Source of the DNA: the human T2T-CHM13v2.0 reference genome, Homo sapiens
Length of the DNA: 64,000 nucleotides
Assembly: GCF_009914755.1 (NCBI RefSeq)
Contig: NC_060933.1
Strand: one strand, 5' to 3'
The notes under the pieces were generated by a model that saw only the letters and a program-made list of their open reading frames with translations, was not told the origin of the DNA and did no database searches. A program made the translations under genes and the position numbers. Below, one piece after another: positions 13,573 through 25,766 of this stretch (its first letter is position 1; every line of letters begins with the position of its first letter).

Positions 13573-16449
13573 CTAAAGAAATTCCCTCTATTGTATATAT
13601 TTATGAAGAGAGAACTTTTTTTATTTTAATCATTTATTCCAAAGTCTCCCACACAGGTTATCACACACACACAAACCCCACCCTTAATTTTTGTTGTGAG
13701 TTTAATTTACACATGTTTTAATTTCCTATGTTGTGAGCTTTAGAGTCTCACTTTCCTCTTTTTAAAAGTAATATTATTTATGATGATTATAATATATTTA
13801 TTAAGTCAAAATAACTATAGGTAAAAATATTTTGTAAATTGTAAAACACTGAAATAATGTAATTGATGTCTATTACGTTGAAGAAAAAGGACAGGAAAAT
13901 CTTGCATCCTATTAAAAAAGGAAGACCAATCTCTAACAGGGGTCAATTTAAAATATATTTTGAAGGTTTCTAAGAAATAAGGAAATCATGAAATGGAGAG
14001 AAGTCAAAGATACATTTTCATTAAAAGATGTTGCCTTCTTGGGAACCAAAACAAAGGTCTTTTCATTTTACTGAAAAGCAAAGTCAATTATAAAAAACTG
14101 CAATGGAGCAAGGCATATTATACAAAACATAATGGCCAGAAAAGACTACAACACCTCATATTCTTGTAAATAATATGAGTACATAGTAAATAGTTGAGAT
14201 GAGATAATATGTTCTTTTCCTTTAAATATGAGACAGTAGAGGCAATACAATGTCAACATAGAACAACCAAATAACATTGTTTTATTTTTATCTTATTCAT
14301 TTATAGGTAAACTGTCAATTCAGAGAGATTTGTTACTTTTTTCTGCTAGTATTTCCTTGGTAGTTTTAAGGATACCAACGATTTCGAGAGTCAGTAACAG
14401 GAAAAAAATGTTCTTCAAAGTGACTATCTGTGCTGAGCTGCTAAACTAACTAGATAGATTAAACAGTAAACTTCAAACAACAGTGTCACATCCAGAGTGA
14501 GCCAATGAGAGTGTCTGCGAATATACCTTGTACAAGCTGTTTTCTTAAAAGCGTCCCCCATAATATAATGTCATAAATTAAACATCATGAATTTATTTAA
14601 ACCTGCAAAAACTGTATTTCTGCTTGTATAGTTGCAGATTCCACATCTTTCAATCTGTGTTTCAATTTTTAACTAATGTTGAGAAAAAGATATTTTCTCC
14701 AATCTTGTTCAAATGTGTCTGGGCCATCAAAGAATATTTCTTTTTCTTTAGTTCAATTTTTTTTTTCTGTATCAGCTGACCAAGGTAGCTGAGAATAAGT
14801 TATCTCTATTTACAATAAAAAAAGATATATGTTGTAATTTTCACTGATCCTAACAGCAGTAAAAGTTTTCTCAATAAATGAAAAAATAAAATAAATGGTA
14901 TCATAGTTTTTAAATTTAAAAACTCCATGATATTTCAGTAGGAAACATCTAAAATCTACCTTTGAGTCATTTTAGATATTTTCCAGTACTATTTGTGTAT
15001 ACATTTACTACTCCCTTTAAAGCCTAAACCAAACAGAACTTTTTGTTAAAGTTAGTGTGTTGGCATGTAATTATTTTGCTATTTTCTTGGTGTATAAATG
15101 AATCATATTGACATAAAGACTCCACTCAAAGGAAATACAAAGGAAGTACAGGAAAAAAATGTGTATAAGCAACAGCCAATTAAAAGGCAAAGTTATTTTA
15201 GATTACTAAAATATTTCATGAAACAAAGAATTGAACAGTCATATTTTAGAAATGGTTAGAACTGATTTATTCTTAAAGGCTTCAGTAGCACATATTCTTG
15301 GATGTTATAAATTGTCTTCTAGTGTAAATTTCCATATTCCTGAAGATATTATTGGCTTAGCCTGGATCCATCTGTCTACTTCTAGAACGAATAACGAAAC
15401 CATGAATGCTGGAAACCACCCTGAATGGCAGGACGAGGAAATCCCAAAATAGCAAAACTAAGCATAAATTCCAGTATATGTCTATTATAGATCCCCAAGA
15501 CAACGGAGGAGGGAGAATGCAGAAACAACTCGATGCATTTAATTCTCCAGGGATTTCATATATGAAAGAGATATTTTTGTTCCGCTTGACCAATTTTTCT
15601 ATGTAGGAAAAAAAGCATATTCAATATTGACCCATTCATTGGTTTCATTATTTGTGAAATAATTTTAATCTGGTTTGGAATTTGTTAAGCCTTCCAGTGT
15701 GTGGTGATTAACGGTTTTCAATGTTGAGATGTTGCTACAATTATATAAAGCAACATTTAGATAAGTTTAATCATTATGTCCCTTGAATAACTTAATTATT
15801 ATGTTATTATGTCCTTTCAAATATCCTATATTCCAGAACTTCTGAAGAAAAAAAGGGGAAGGAGCAAATGTCTGATCTTCTAGAATAAATTTTAAGACTG
15901 CCTTCAAAGAATTAGACTCATTTATCATATACGCACATGTATACCATTTAAATTGATACTGTAGATTTTATGCTACTGATAGACCACATCGAGGTCCAAT
16001 TTGTTAAAATTAAAGATGGTTAGAGGTGTGAGTCATATTATTTAAGTGTATTACAGTTATTATAACCCTACAAACAAATTTTAAATATTTACTAATTCTT
16101 AATCTACAGCTCTAGCAGATTGTTGCCATTGAAGGATATTTTTCCAGAAGTGACAGGTTTCCTTTTTTAAAAAATGTAATATTCAAAAATATTATGTAAA
16201 ATATTTAAATTATTGATTAGTCATATTTTTAAAAATACTATTAAGCTAAATAAAACTTCCATATTTGTAAAGCTTCTTCCATGCTCTTAATTAAGTCACC
16301 ATTAAGTGCTGGTATTTTCCACCTTCTCTTTAACACTGCAGCACATTGACTAAAGGGTATAGCTGTATACCTACACTTTCTCTACCACATGATAGAATCT
16401 ATCTATAGCTATTTGTACCCTCTATCTACCTATCTGTCTGTCATCTTAC

Positions 16450-16738
16450 TGTGGTAAATTACACATAAAATAAAATTTACCATTTTAACCATTTTAAAGC
16501 ATACTATTAAGTGGCATTTAGTAAATTCACAATGTTGTGCAACCATTACCACTTTCTTGTTTTGGAATTGTTTCATCACCCCAAACAGCCACCCATACAC
16601 ATTAAGCAGTCACTTTCATTCCTACCTTTCCTCAGATCCTGGAAAATATATTGGTAGACTTGATATTCTGGATATTTCATATAAATGGATGATACATACA
16701 ATATGTGGCATTTTGTGTCTGGCTTATTTCACTTAGCT
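16450..16738 (-). mobile_element. L1MB-type 3' end
   Basis: aaatttaccattttaaccatttt...ttcacaatgttgtgcaacc...ttcacttagc. Confidence 0.85.
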
Positions 16739-18607
16739 TATTTTATTTTTAAAACGTAAATAATAAGAGTGAGAGATATCACTTGAGAATCACAGTTGAA
16801 ATTGAAATGCTTTTTTTGAAAGTGTAAATCTGTATGCTGAGAAAAGCTCTGTCGTGTATAATAAAGTCAGTCAGTATAAGAATGTGTTAGTTCTAAACAT
16901 CACTTTTTGTATGTGAAGGTAGGGAGGAAACAGTCTTGATTTTGCTTTTAGTAAATTAAAGCAGATGTCTTTGCTGGCTATGCCATCTTTAAATTATTTT
17001 AATATTTCTTCTTTTTCCCAATTTCATTTTTTGGATTAGGTGGATAAGAAGGAAATGGAAATTCACCCTGAGACGGCCTAACTATAGGCATTTTGAAATA
17101 TTTCTGTCACTGGGAAAGCCTTATCTGAGGCTTTCACACATTAAGATATACAAATAAGCTGTTTTAAGATAACAATGTAAACAAAAAACTGATCATTTAC
17201 CTTTCAGATAAATGTGGTAGACAAGGCCTCAGAAAATAAGCAAAAATGCATATCTGTATGAAAAATTAGACAGCATTCTTTGTGACACCACTCGTTCTAT
17301 GAAAAAGCAGAATTATTTCCTCCAAACCAATGCAGAAGTTTGAGAAGCTTTGTCTTCTGTATTCCCTTTTGTTTGTGCTTGTTTCCTTGGTTTATATCTG
17401 AGACCTTACCATATTTATACTCTGTTTATAAAGCTATAGTAACAAAAGTAATTTTTAAGTAATAATTACATCCATTCTTCTTTGGAATATTACATTTTAT
17501 AATTAAAATATTTCAAAGGAATTAATATTATCAATATTAGGACAGAAATAAGGCAAAATGAATCATGTTCCTTTTTTTTAATCCTTAAGTCTACTGAATG
17601 TAAGATGCTATTTTAAGCATTTTTTTATTTTTAAGTATAAAGATAGAAAATAAAAAATATTATCATTTTTGATGGGAGGTTGGAAAGTGATACAAAAGTA
17701 TCCTCTTGAAGATAATATTTTGGAACCAAATTAATAAAATCAATGTTTAAAAATCTCAGAAAGTTACCTTAATTGATTAAAATTCATGTTATTAGAGAAT
17801 ATATTTTACAAATTAGAATATGTATATTAAAAATACTTAACACAGAATAAACTTGTATTTAAAATTTTGCTTTGGGTAACAGAAACTTCTAAGTAATAGG
17901 TCACATCATCAAATCTTTGGAAATAACACTAACATAATAGCTTTTGAGAAAAAGCCTTAGATAAAAGTGAATCATTTTAATTATATTTTCAGTAATACTT
18001 AGCAATGAGACATCTGTATCTGCAAGCTTTGCAGTTTCTCCTCAGAGAAATACATTCTATTGTCGAGCAGAAAAAAATACAGCAGGACTTGTCATCATCT
18101 GAATGAAATATTAACCAAGATCATCTGTTTTTCTTTGTTCTAACTTCTTGCTTGCTGAAATGAACAAGTTTAGATGTCTAACCCTCTCTCACATTTTTCA
18201 TTCAAGCTAATCAGTTTATAAAATTCAAATGTCAATTTATTGACCCTTGAGGTGTGCTAAAGTTGCTCACTCATACCATTGGAATTACAATGTTTTCAAG
18301 TTTCAGGAGGAGATTTTTTTGACTTCCTACTTGACATCCATAAGAAATGTGGGAGACTAATGGTAGCTTATACGTATATAAATTGTAGGAAACGAAGGTT
18401 ATGGATGAAGAAATCATTGAAGGCAAGTGTAGAGACCTGAAAGGATGAACATTCTCTTTGATGCAATTGACTCATAGATCCTATTATTCCTGTAGGCCAT
18501 TTCTCCTTTGGACTTCAAGCTATGTGAGCTATCACATTTCATTATTATTCAATTCAGTTTGAATTGGAGATTTGAGTAAATAATTGCTTCCTAATTGGTA
18601 CACTCAC

Positions 18608-19065
18608 TGTGGCAGAAGTTTTTGGTTGATTGTTGGCTGCAAGAACATCCCATTGTCTCTCTCATTCCGTTCACATTTATGCAGTATACCAACATGTTAG
18701 CTGAAAATGCAATTCCTTGCTTTGTTTGTAGTTATGGATGGACATATATCTAAGTCCTGGACAATCTGAGAGTAACAGAAATAAAGTATTGGAGAAGAAA
18801 GTAAGAACTCTTTAAAGGTAGGGGTTCTTATTTCCTTTCTTCATTTTCTCAGTTGGAATGTAGATATTATAGCTTACAGCCTTGAGAATAAATGTTTCAA
18901 CTTAGTGAAGACATATGGGAAAGTTGGAAGTCGTTATATTGTTGTCTCTGTTCTGAACTGACAAGCTCTTAACATTTTTACAGGATAAAGACATAAAATT
19001 CCATTTTGTTTAATCTTTTATTTTTGAGTCTGTATATTTAAATATAAAACTAATCTTAACTTACA
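18608..19065 (+). mobile_element. Old MaLR LTR (MLT1J-like), with another degenerate MLT1 piece at about 18245-18600
   Basis: tgtggcaga start, aagtcctggacaatctgag core, ctaatcttaacttaca end. Confidence 0.6.
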
Positions 19066-19199
19066 CTGACAAAACTATTCTTCTGATAACCACTCATTTA
19101 CTTTAAAACTAGGACAATGACGTTCTACATGTACTAATATATTAGCATATGCATTATTTATTAGTACTGTACATTTCATTATCATGAATCTGTCCAACT

Positions 19200-19375
19200 A
19201 TGGATTTCTGGTAATATTCATGTTCAGAAATTGATCTCCATAATGTTTTACCTGTGTGACTTTAGGAAGATATTTAACTTGATTGAAATTTGTTTCATTA
19301 CCTGCAAAATGGGGCAACAATACATATAAAGAACTCCTGTCTGGCACAGAGAAATCTTTCAGTACATGTTATTTC
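19200..19375 (+). mobile_element. MIR
   Basis: ctgtgtgactttaggaagatatttaactt...gtttcattacctgcaaaatgggg core. Confidence 0.7.
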
Positions 19376-19823
19376 TTAAGATTGCAAAGCTTGGGAAATT
19401 GAATGACACTGACTGAAGTACATTCTTGCTCTTGCTAAGCAACCAATTAAAATCCCAACAGAGTTTTCACAATTCTCAGTCAAGTTGATTCTAAGAAGGG
19501 AAAAAATATGTGGCCCTTCAAGTGTTTTACTCTTAAGTAGGTCTACATATTTCAAAAACATAACCTGATCTCTAAATAAATATCCCCAAAATATTCATTG
19601 CAAGATGGCCAGTATCTCATCCAGAATGCATAAATGTATGAAGAAATTGAATATTAATAATAGCAAGAACATAAAAACTAAGGAAGGATGGAGAAGTGTG
19701 GTGGGCAGAATTCTAAGATGATCCCTGTTAGTTTGGTAAGGTTGCCATAATAAAGCACCACAACTGTAAGGAAAATGGATGTGCTGCAGTCAAGAATAGG
19801 CCTAGGTAAACATCCATTGCAGC

Positions 19824-19873
19824 ATGACTCAGCAAGTTTGGAGTGCAGGCACACAACTCTGCTCATTATATAA
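19824..19873 (+). promoter_or_regulatory. 5' LTR U3 motifs: AP-1/ARE (ATGACTCAGCA) and TATA-like TTATATAA
   Basis: Motif matches only; activity unknown. Confidence 0.4.
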
Positions 19874-22494
19874 CCTGTTTGTGTAAGCTCATACTTGGCT
19901 CTGAGCCACAATTGTCTGTAAACGGTATAATTGTGCTGCCAACACTGTACATAGGGCTTGTGACCAGAGAGAGAGAGGGAAAAGCTGCTGACCCTCTAAG
20001 GGAATGCTGGCCACCTTGTAGGTGGATGGAGGGGAGCCAGGAACGGGCGAGCATAGGGGAATGCAGCTGTACGTGTGGGAGTGGCAGGAGCCACAGAGCT
20101 AGGTGCTGAGAGAGGCTGCAGCCAGAGTTTGCAGCAAGACAAAGGTGTATGGAGAGAGAGAGAGCACAATAAAACCATATTTCACCTGCCTACTGCCTCC
20201 TGAGTGTTCTTTCAGCTACCTGCCACCCATCCACCCATTCCCCTCAGACCTCAGCTTGGGCCGGAACATGACACTTGGTGTGACATTTTGTGTAGTTGGC
20301 AGGATATCGAGGTGAGTTAGCCTTCGGCTCCCACTGATTCCATGTCAGCCATATGGCAGCAATATGAGCTGTAGTACCCGGCCAGTGGCAGCCATGCTGA
20401 GCGGATGGCCTCTGGAGGAAACATGGCTGGCAGTGGATGGGTCGCCTGCAAGTGTGGGGAAAGCACTAAGGCACCCGGAAGTGCACAGCACTGAGAAGGA
20501 GCGTGCTTTTGGCCGGCAGAGTCAGATGGGCGTTTGTGACTGTGCTGTGGGAAGTGCATGCCCAATCCCTGCAGGCTGCAGCCCAGGGAGGAGGAAAAAC
20601 CTCCGTTACAGGCTCGTCCAATGGTACACCAGAAAATAGAGCAGGAGCAGCCGCTTGGGCCCCAAAGGTCGGCCCCAGGACGCCCTACCGTGGTGGAGCA
20701 CACTTCATATAGTGGCTACATCCCTGCTAAGTTGCTGGAGTTAGGCAAGCAGTGTCGACAGCCATCGGGGGAGCCCCTCCCTGCCTGAATGCTCCATCTC
20801 TGGGAGGAAGGAGCTGATGCATTTCCTGCTCTGCCTCTGAGATGGAAAACCTAGTTTCTTTAATTAAGTGCAGACTGATGCCTCTGAAATACCAGAAACT
20901 GTCAGTAGAAGGCAGTCATATACAGATTTGGTGTAAGTCATTCAGGAGAAGGGTAATGCTGCGCGACCCAGTCCTGCCGGGACGTTTCATCTCAAAGACT
21001 GTCTGCTGCAGCCAGGTGGAAATGTAAAACCTTTTGTGTTTGATTAGGGAACTGGCCGAGGTGCCTGGCTTGGGGGAACACCAGACGACTGGAGGCCACA
21101 TGTCGACTTGGCAATCCACTGGTGCCTGCACCTGGATAAGTTTCCGGGCAAGGCTGTATAGACAGCTATGAAGGCTGGTCATTGAAAGTAAAACCTTTAT
21201 CTCTTCACCTCAGCCTCAGCCACTTGGCTCCCCACTTATGCACTGTGTATGTCTCTCCCATACCTGAATATATTCTGGGGGTGGATGTCTTACAGGCTTG
21301 GCAGCTGTGCCATCTATCATGGACTGCTCATCGATGGAATTGGGACAATACCACTATGTGGTGGACTTGGCTAATGGATTCTTTTCCAGAGAGCCAGGAA
21401 CAGTTTGCCTTCATGGAAGAGCAACAATGGACTTTCAGTGTTGCCACAGGGCTAGATGCATAGCCCCACCATATGTCATACTCCTGTTGATGATATTATG
21501 TTAACCTTTGATTCTCTTGCAGATTTAGAAGTGATTAAGATAGTGCGACTGAGACCATGTTCCTGGCAGCCATTCGGGCTATTCAGCAGGCACAAGCCCT
21601 ATGGGTAGTTGACCAGGGGTGCCCGTTTGAGCTGGATGTGCATGTGACCACAGATGGTTTCAGTTGGGACCTGTGGCAGTGCACAGAGCACTTGAGAATG
21701 CCAGTAAGCTTTTGGTCCTAATGATGGAAAGGAGCTAAGCTCTGATATACCTTGACAGAGAAACAGCTAGCAGCTGTACCTGTTGCCTGCCCTTCAGGCT
21801 TATGAAAGTGTGACAGTACGGGCTGCAGTTGTCATGCTGACAACTTACCCGATAGCAGGATGGGTGCATTCATTGGTAATGACCCCCTGGACTGGGATGA
21901 CACAGACATCCACTTTAGCAAAGTGCAGTGCCTACTTAGAGTACTCTGAGTACAAGTCCTTTAGCAGCAGAGCCGCACAATGTCTTGGGACCTGTAGTCC
22001 TAATGCAAGATAAGGCCATGGGGCCTGAGGCACTCACCCCGCTCCTAATGGGACATGGTATATGGATGGGTCTAGCCAGGGCTCTGATACTGCTACCTAG
22101 ACTGCTGTCGTAGTTCAGCCCAGTACTGACATTATATAGTTTGATACTGGGTGTGGGCAAAGTAGCTAATGAGCTGAACTCAGCCAGTGTGGATGGTGAT
22201 CACCAAGGAGGTGACACCTATGGTAAATCTGCACCAATAGCTGGGCAATTTATTGAGGCTTAACCTTGTGGTTAACTAACTAGAAGTTACAGAAGTGGCT
22301 GGTTGGTCACTAGCCCGTGTAGGGCCAAGCCAGGTGGCAAGACCTATTGCAGGAAGGATGACTGTCTCTGACCAGGTATGGGGATGAACCTGTTGTTGCC
22401 TGCCCCAAGGCCCTTAAAGGTAGAAGAACAAAAAAACCTAGCTTAATATATAAAGCAACATTGGGGTAATGTCACCATGTGGTAGTTGCCCACA

Positions 22495-22715
22495 TGTGTC
22501 AGATCTGTGTGTCCAGGACCTATGGGCAAAGCCTGTGTATTGGTCCTGTGTGCCCAGAGCTTATGTGTCAGGCGTATGTCTCAAGCCTGTGTGTGTGTGT
22601 TGGAGCTGTGTGCCCAGAGCCTATGTGTCAGGCTTATGTGTCAAGCCTGTGTTGGGCCTTTGTGCCCAAAACCTATGTATCAGGCCTACGTGTAAGACCT
22701 GTGTGTCTAAGACCT
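22495..22715 (+). repeat. Degenerate minisatellite (about 14-bp unit, cctgtgtgtcaag-like) inside the provirus
   Basis: Repeated gcctatgtgtca / gcctgtgtg units, with higher-order block tgtgtgcccagagc.tatgtgtcaggc.tatgt.tcaagcctgtgt repeated. Confidence 0.85.
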
Positions 22716-25460
22716 ATTTCTCCCTCGGCCTAGGGGGTGGAGTGTAAGTAAAATGGATGTCTTGTGGTCAAGAATACACCAAGGATGATTTTGGAGCACA
22801 GGTGCACAACTCTGCTCATTATATAACCTGTTTGTGTAAACTCATACTCTGCGCTGTGCCACTATTGTCTGTAAAAGGCAAAACTGCACTGCTGATGCTG
22901 TACATATGGCTCACATCCAGAAGGTCAGAAAGGCTGCTGACCCTGTAAAGGAGAACTGGCCTCCTTGCAAGTGGACATCGGGAGCCAGGAACTGGCAAGT
23001 GCGCCAGGGAGTGCAGCTATAGGCATGGGAGTGGCAGGAGCAGCATAGCTGGCTGCTAAGAGGGGCTGCAGCTGGAGTGGGCAGCTGAGCCAAAGGCAGA
23101 TGGAGAGAGAAAACATCATAAAACCATATTTCACTTGCCTGCTGCCCCCTGAGTGTTCTTTTAGCTACCTGCCACCCATCCACCCACTCCCCTCAGACCT
23201 CAGCTTGGGCTGGAATATAACACTTGGTGTGACAACAACCTTGGCAGCTAAAACAATAGGAATTGGTTTTGTCACAGTTCTGAAGGCCAGAAATCTGTAA
23301 TCTAGGTATTGGCAGAGTTGATTATTTCTCTGGGCTATGAGAGAAGTCTTGGTTTCAGAACACTTTCTTTGTAGATGACTATGCTCATGTTTGTCTGTCT
23401 TTATGTTCACATGGCATTCTCTCTCAACATCCAAATTTTCCCTTCTTAAAGGATCACAAAGCATTTTGGATTATAACTTACCCTAATGATCTCATTTAAA
23501 CTTGATATCCACAGTAAAACCCTCTCTTCAAATAAAGACACATTCTAGGGTATAGAGGTAAGACCTTCAACCTATAGATATAGAGGTGAAACAATTCAGT
23601 TCAACAAATTTTAGCCCCCTGGTATATATTCTCTGCATTAATGCATGCTTTGAGTAGGTGCAGGACTTGTGACTAGGAGGGAATTTCCACTCTCTTTATT
23701 AGATCCTATTATATGGCAAATGTGAAAACATTTTGTATATGTGTTTAGATCTCTAGTCAGCTGACTTTAAGTCAGTCAAAAGGAAGATAATCCTATGGGG
23801 TCCTGAATGAATTAAGTGACCCCATTAAAAGAGTGTCTGAAAGTCAGAGACAGAGGATGCTCCCTTATGGGCATCTTAGATTGATTGAGAAAGAAAACTG
23901 CCATGCTATGAGAGAGGGCCAAATGATACAAAATGGTGGGCAACCTCTAGGAGGTAAGGGTCTCAATCCTGTGTCTGCTAGAAACTGAATTCTACCAACA
24001 ACCAACGAGGTTGGAAGAAGATCTCCCGCCTTAAATGAGATAGCACTTCTAGCTGACATCAGCCTGGTTAGTTTCTGTGCAGAGTACCAATTAATTTTTA
24101 CCTGAGTCCCTGACTTACGGAAACTGCAAGATAATAAATTTGTGTTGTTCAGGCTGCTAAATTTGTAGTAATTTGTTAAGATACCATAATAAAAACTAAT
24201 ACAAGAGAAAATATTTAACAAGTACATAATGGTCGAAGGATCATACCTCTTTGGAAATAGATTTTACATCAAATATGGGTATAATTTATCCAGCAAAGTT
24301 TATATTAATATTTTCAGTAATTCTGATAAGCCTACAGATCTGTCACAGCATAGGAGCCTAAGTAAATATGTATGGAATTTAGTATGTGAAAAAGAGTTAT
24401 TGGGTATTTATATAAAACTGGATTTTTGGCTCATAAAATGTTTTATAATTATATCCTATATATGTTAGATTTGCATAGAAAAAGGGTCTGGGATGTTACA
24501 TGCCAACATGTAAACAATACTTATCTTAAGAAATGGAGTAACCAGTGGGTTACTGGGAGAAGGCAGAGGGAAGCCAAAATTATTATTATTACGTTTCTCT
24601 TTGAGGCTTCATTATTCATTTAACTAGTTAGACACGCTGTTAGTAGAACCAAGATAAACCAATTCAAGTGCTGACAAATCAAAGGAAAGCAAAATTATAA
24701 CATTAAAAAGCAGAATCTGTACAGTGTCATTAAGGAATTAGAGTTTAGAGTGCTAAATTCCAGTTATTGGGTGATATGAAATGTATTTTTATCTATTGTC
24801 AGAAGACTGAGAAGTACATGGGATTCTAAGAAGTCTGGCAGTCCTGGGTTCAAATCATGATTGGACATATTACTTAACTTCTCAGTCTCTGAAATCCACA
24901 ATTGGGTATGTCATGTCATTTATATTTACCCTTCTAACTTAATGAAAGGTGTCTTATTCTCAAACTAGAAATGTAGTATTTTGATAGGTCTTGATCTCAC
25001 AAAACAAAATTTTAAAATATGAAAATTTCTTTATTCTCTAAATGGATGTTTCTGTCAGCTCCTGTACTTTTGATCTTTCTCAGGGTGGTTGTGGTTCTGG
25101 TTGCCAAGTTTTCATTTCACTCTAGATACCACCATGAGTTTGCAGTCTTCAACTCCTCTATATTCCAAATTTGAATCAGAGATCACAACTGTCTTAGAAT
25201 GGCATCTTCCTCTCCTGCTTCAGCCATGCATTACTCTATCCTCACTACCAGAGCTAAATGGGAGAGTACACGACCCAATTATGCATAAAGAGGTTTAGAA
25301 GACTTTGAAGTGACTGTTAATATTCAAAAGTGAGAGAAAATTAAAACTTAAATAGAATCCTTTCAGGAATTTTTTCTCACTGAAAACCCCTGCTTTCTAT
25401 ACTTTCTCAAGTTTTGATTCTTTTAAAAATCAGTCTCCCTCCCCTATAAGCAGTTATAAT

Positions 25461-25766
25461 TTTTGTTTGTTTGTTTATGTTTGAGATAGAGTCTCACTCC
25501 AGTTACCCAGACTGAAGTGCAGTGGTGGGATCTCAGCTCATCGCAGCCTGGACCTCCTAGGATCAGGTGATTCTCCTACCTCAGTCTTCTGAGTAGCTGG
25601 TACTACAGGAGTGTGCCACCATGTTGGCTTATGTTTCTTTTCAAATTTTTAGTAGAGACATTTGCCATGTTGTGCAGGCTGGTCATGAACTATTGGACTC
25701 AAGCAATCTGCCTGCCTCAGCCTCCCAAAGTGCTGGGAATACAGGTGTGAGCCACTGCACCTGGAC
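25461..25766 (-). mobile_element. AluJ
   Basis: Diverged Alu with TSD agcagttataattttt / agcagtcatgttttt. Confidence 0.9.

Larger units (their letters stand above)
19765..23234 (+). mobile_element. Internally deleted HERV-S/HERVL18-type (LTR18/LTR32 family) provirus with two LTRs
   Basis: LTRs at 19765-20285 and 22743-23234, TSD acaac on both sides, PBS tgtgtagttggcaggat (CpG-decayed tRNA-Ser type), PPT agggggtggag. Decayed gag (LLELGKQCRQPSGEPLPA), protease (YILGVDVL) and RT (YVVDLANGFFS, QFAF) remnants. Confidence 0.9.
19726..23606 (-). mobile_element. MLT1B/C-like LTR split by the provirus (pieces 19726-19764 and 23235-23606)
   Basis: tgttagttt...gttgccataataaagcaccacaac continues as cttggcagctaaaacaatagg...cacagttctgaaggccagaa...acaattcagttcaaca. 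Confidence 0.8.
19697..24203 (+). mobile_element. MLT1E-like LTR, outermost of a three-level nest (pieces 19697-19725 and about 23607-24203)
   Basis: tgtggtgggcagaattctaagatgatccc start resumes after 23606 and ends ...aaaactaataca. Confidence 0.8.

Noticed and set aside
20317-22160. Dense ORF cluster suggesting a coding locus
   Set aside because: It is GC-richer decayed ERV gag/pro/pol with stops and frameshifts; no intact retroviral gene.
22495-22715. Repeat array superficially like CRISPR
   Set aside because: The units are degenerate and tandem with no unique spacers, and the context is a eukaryotic ERV.
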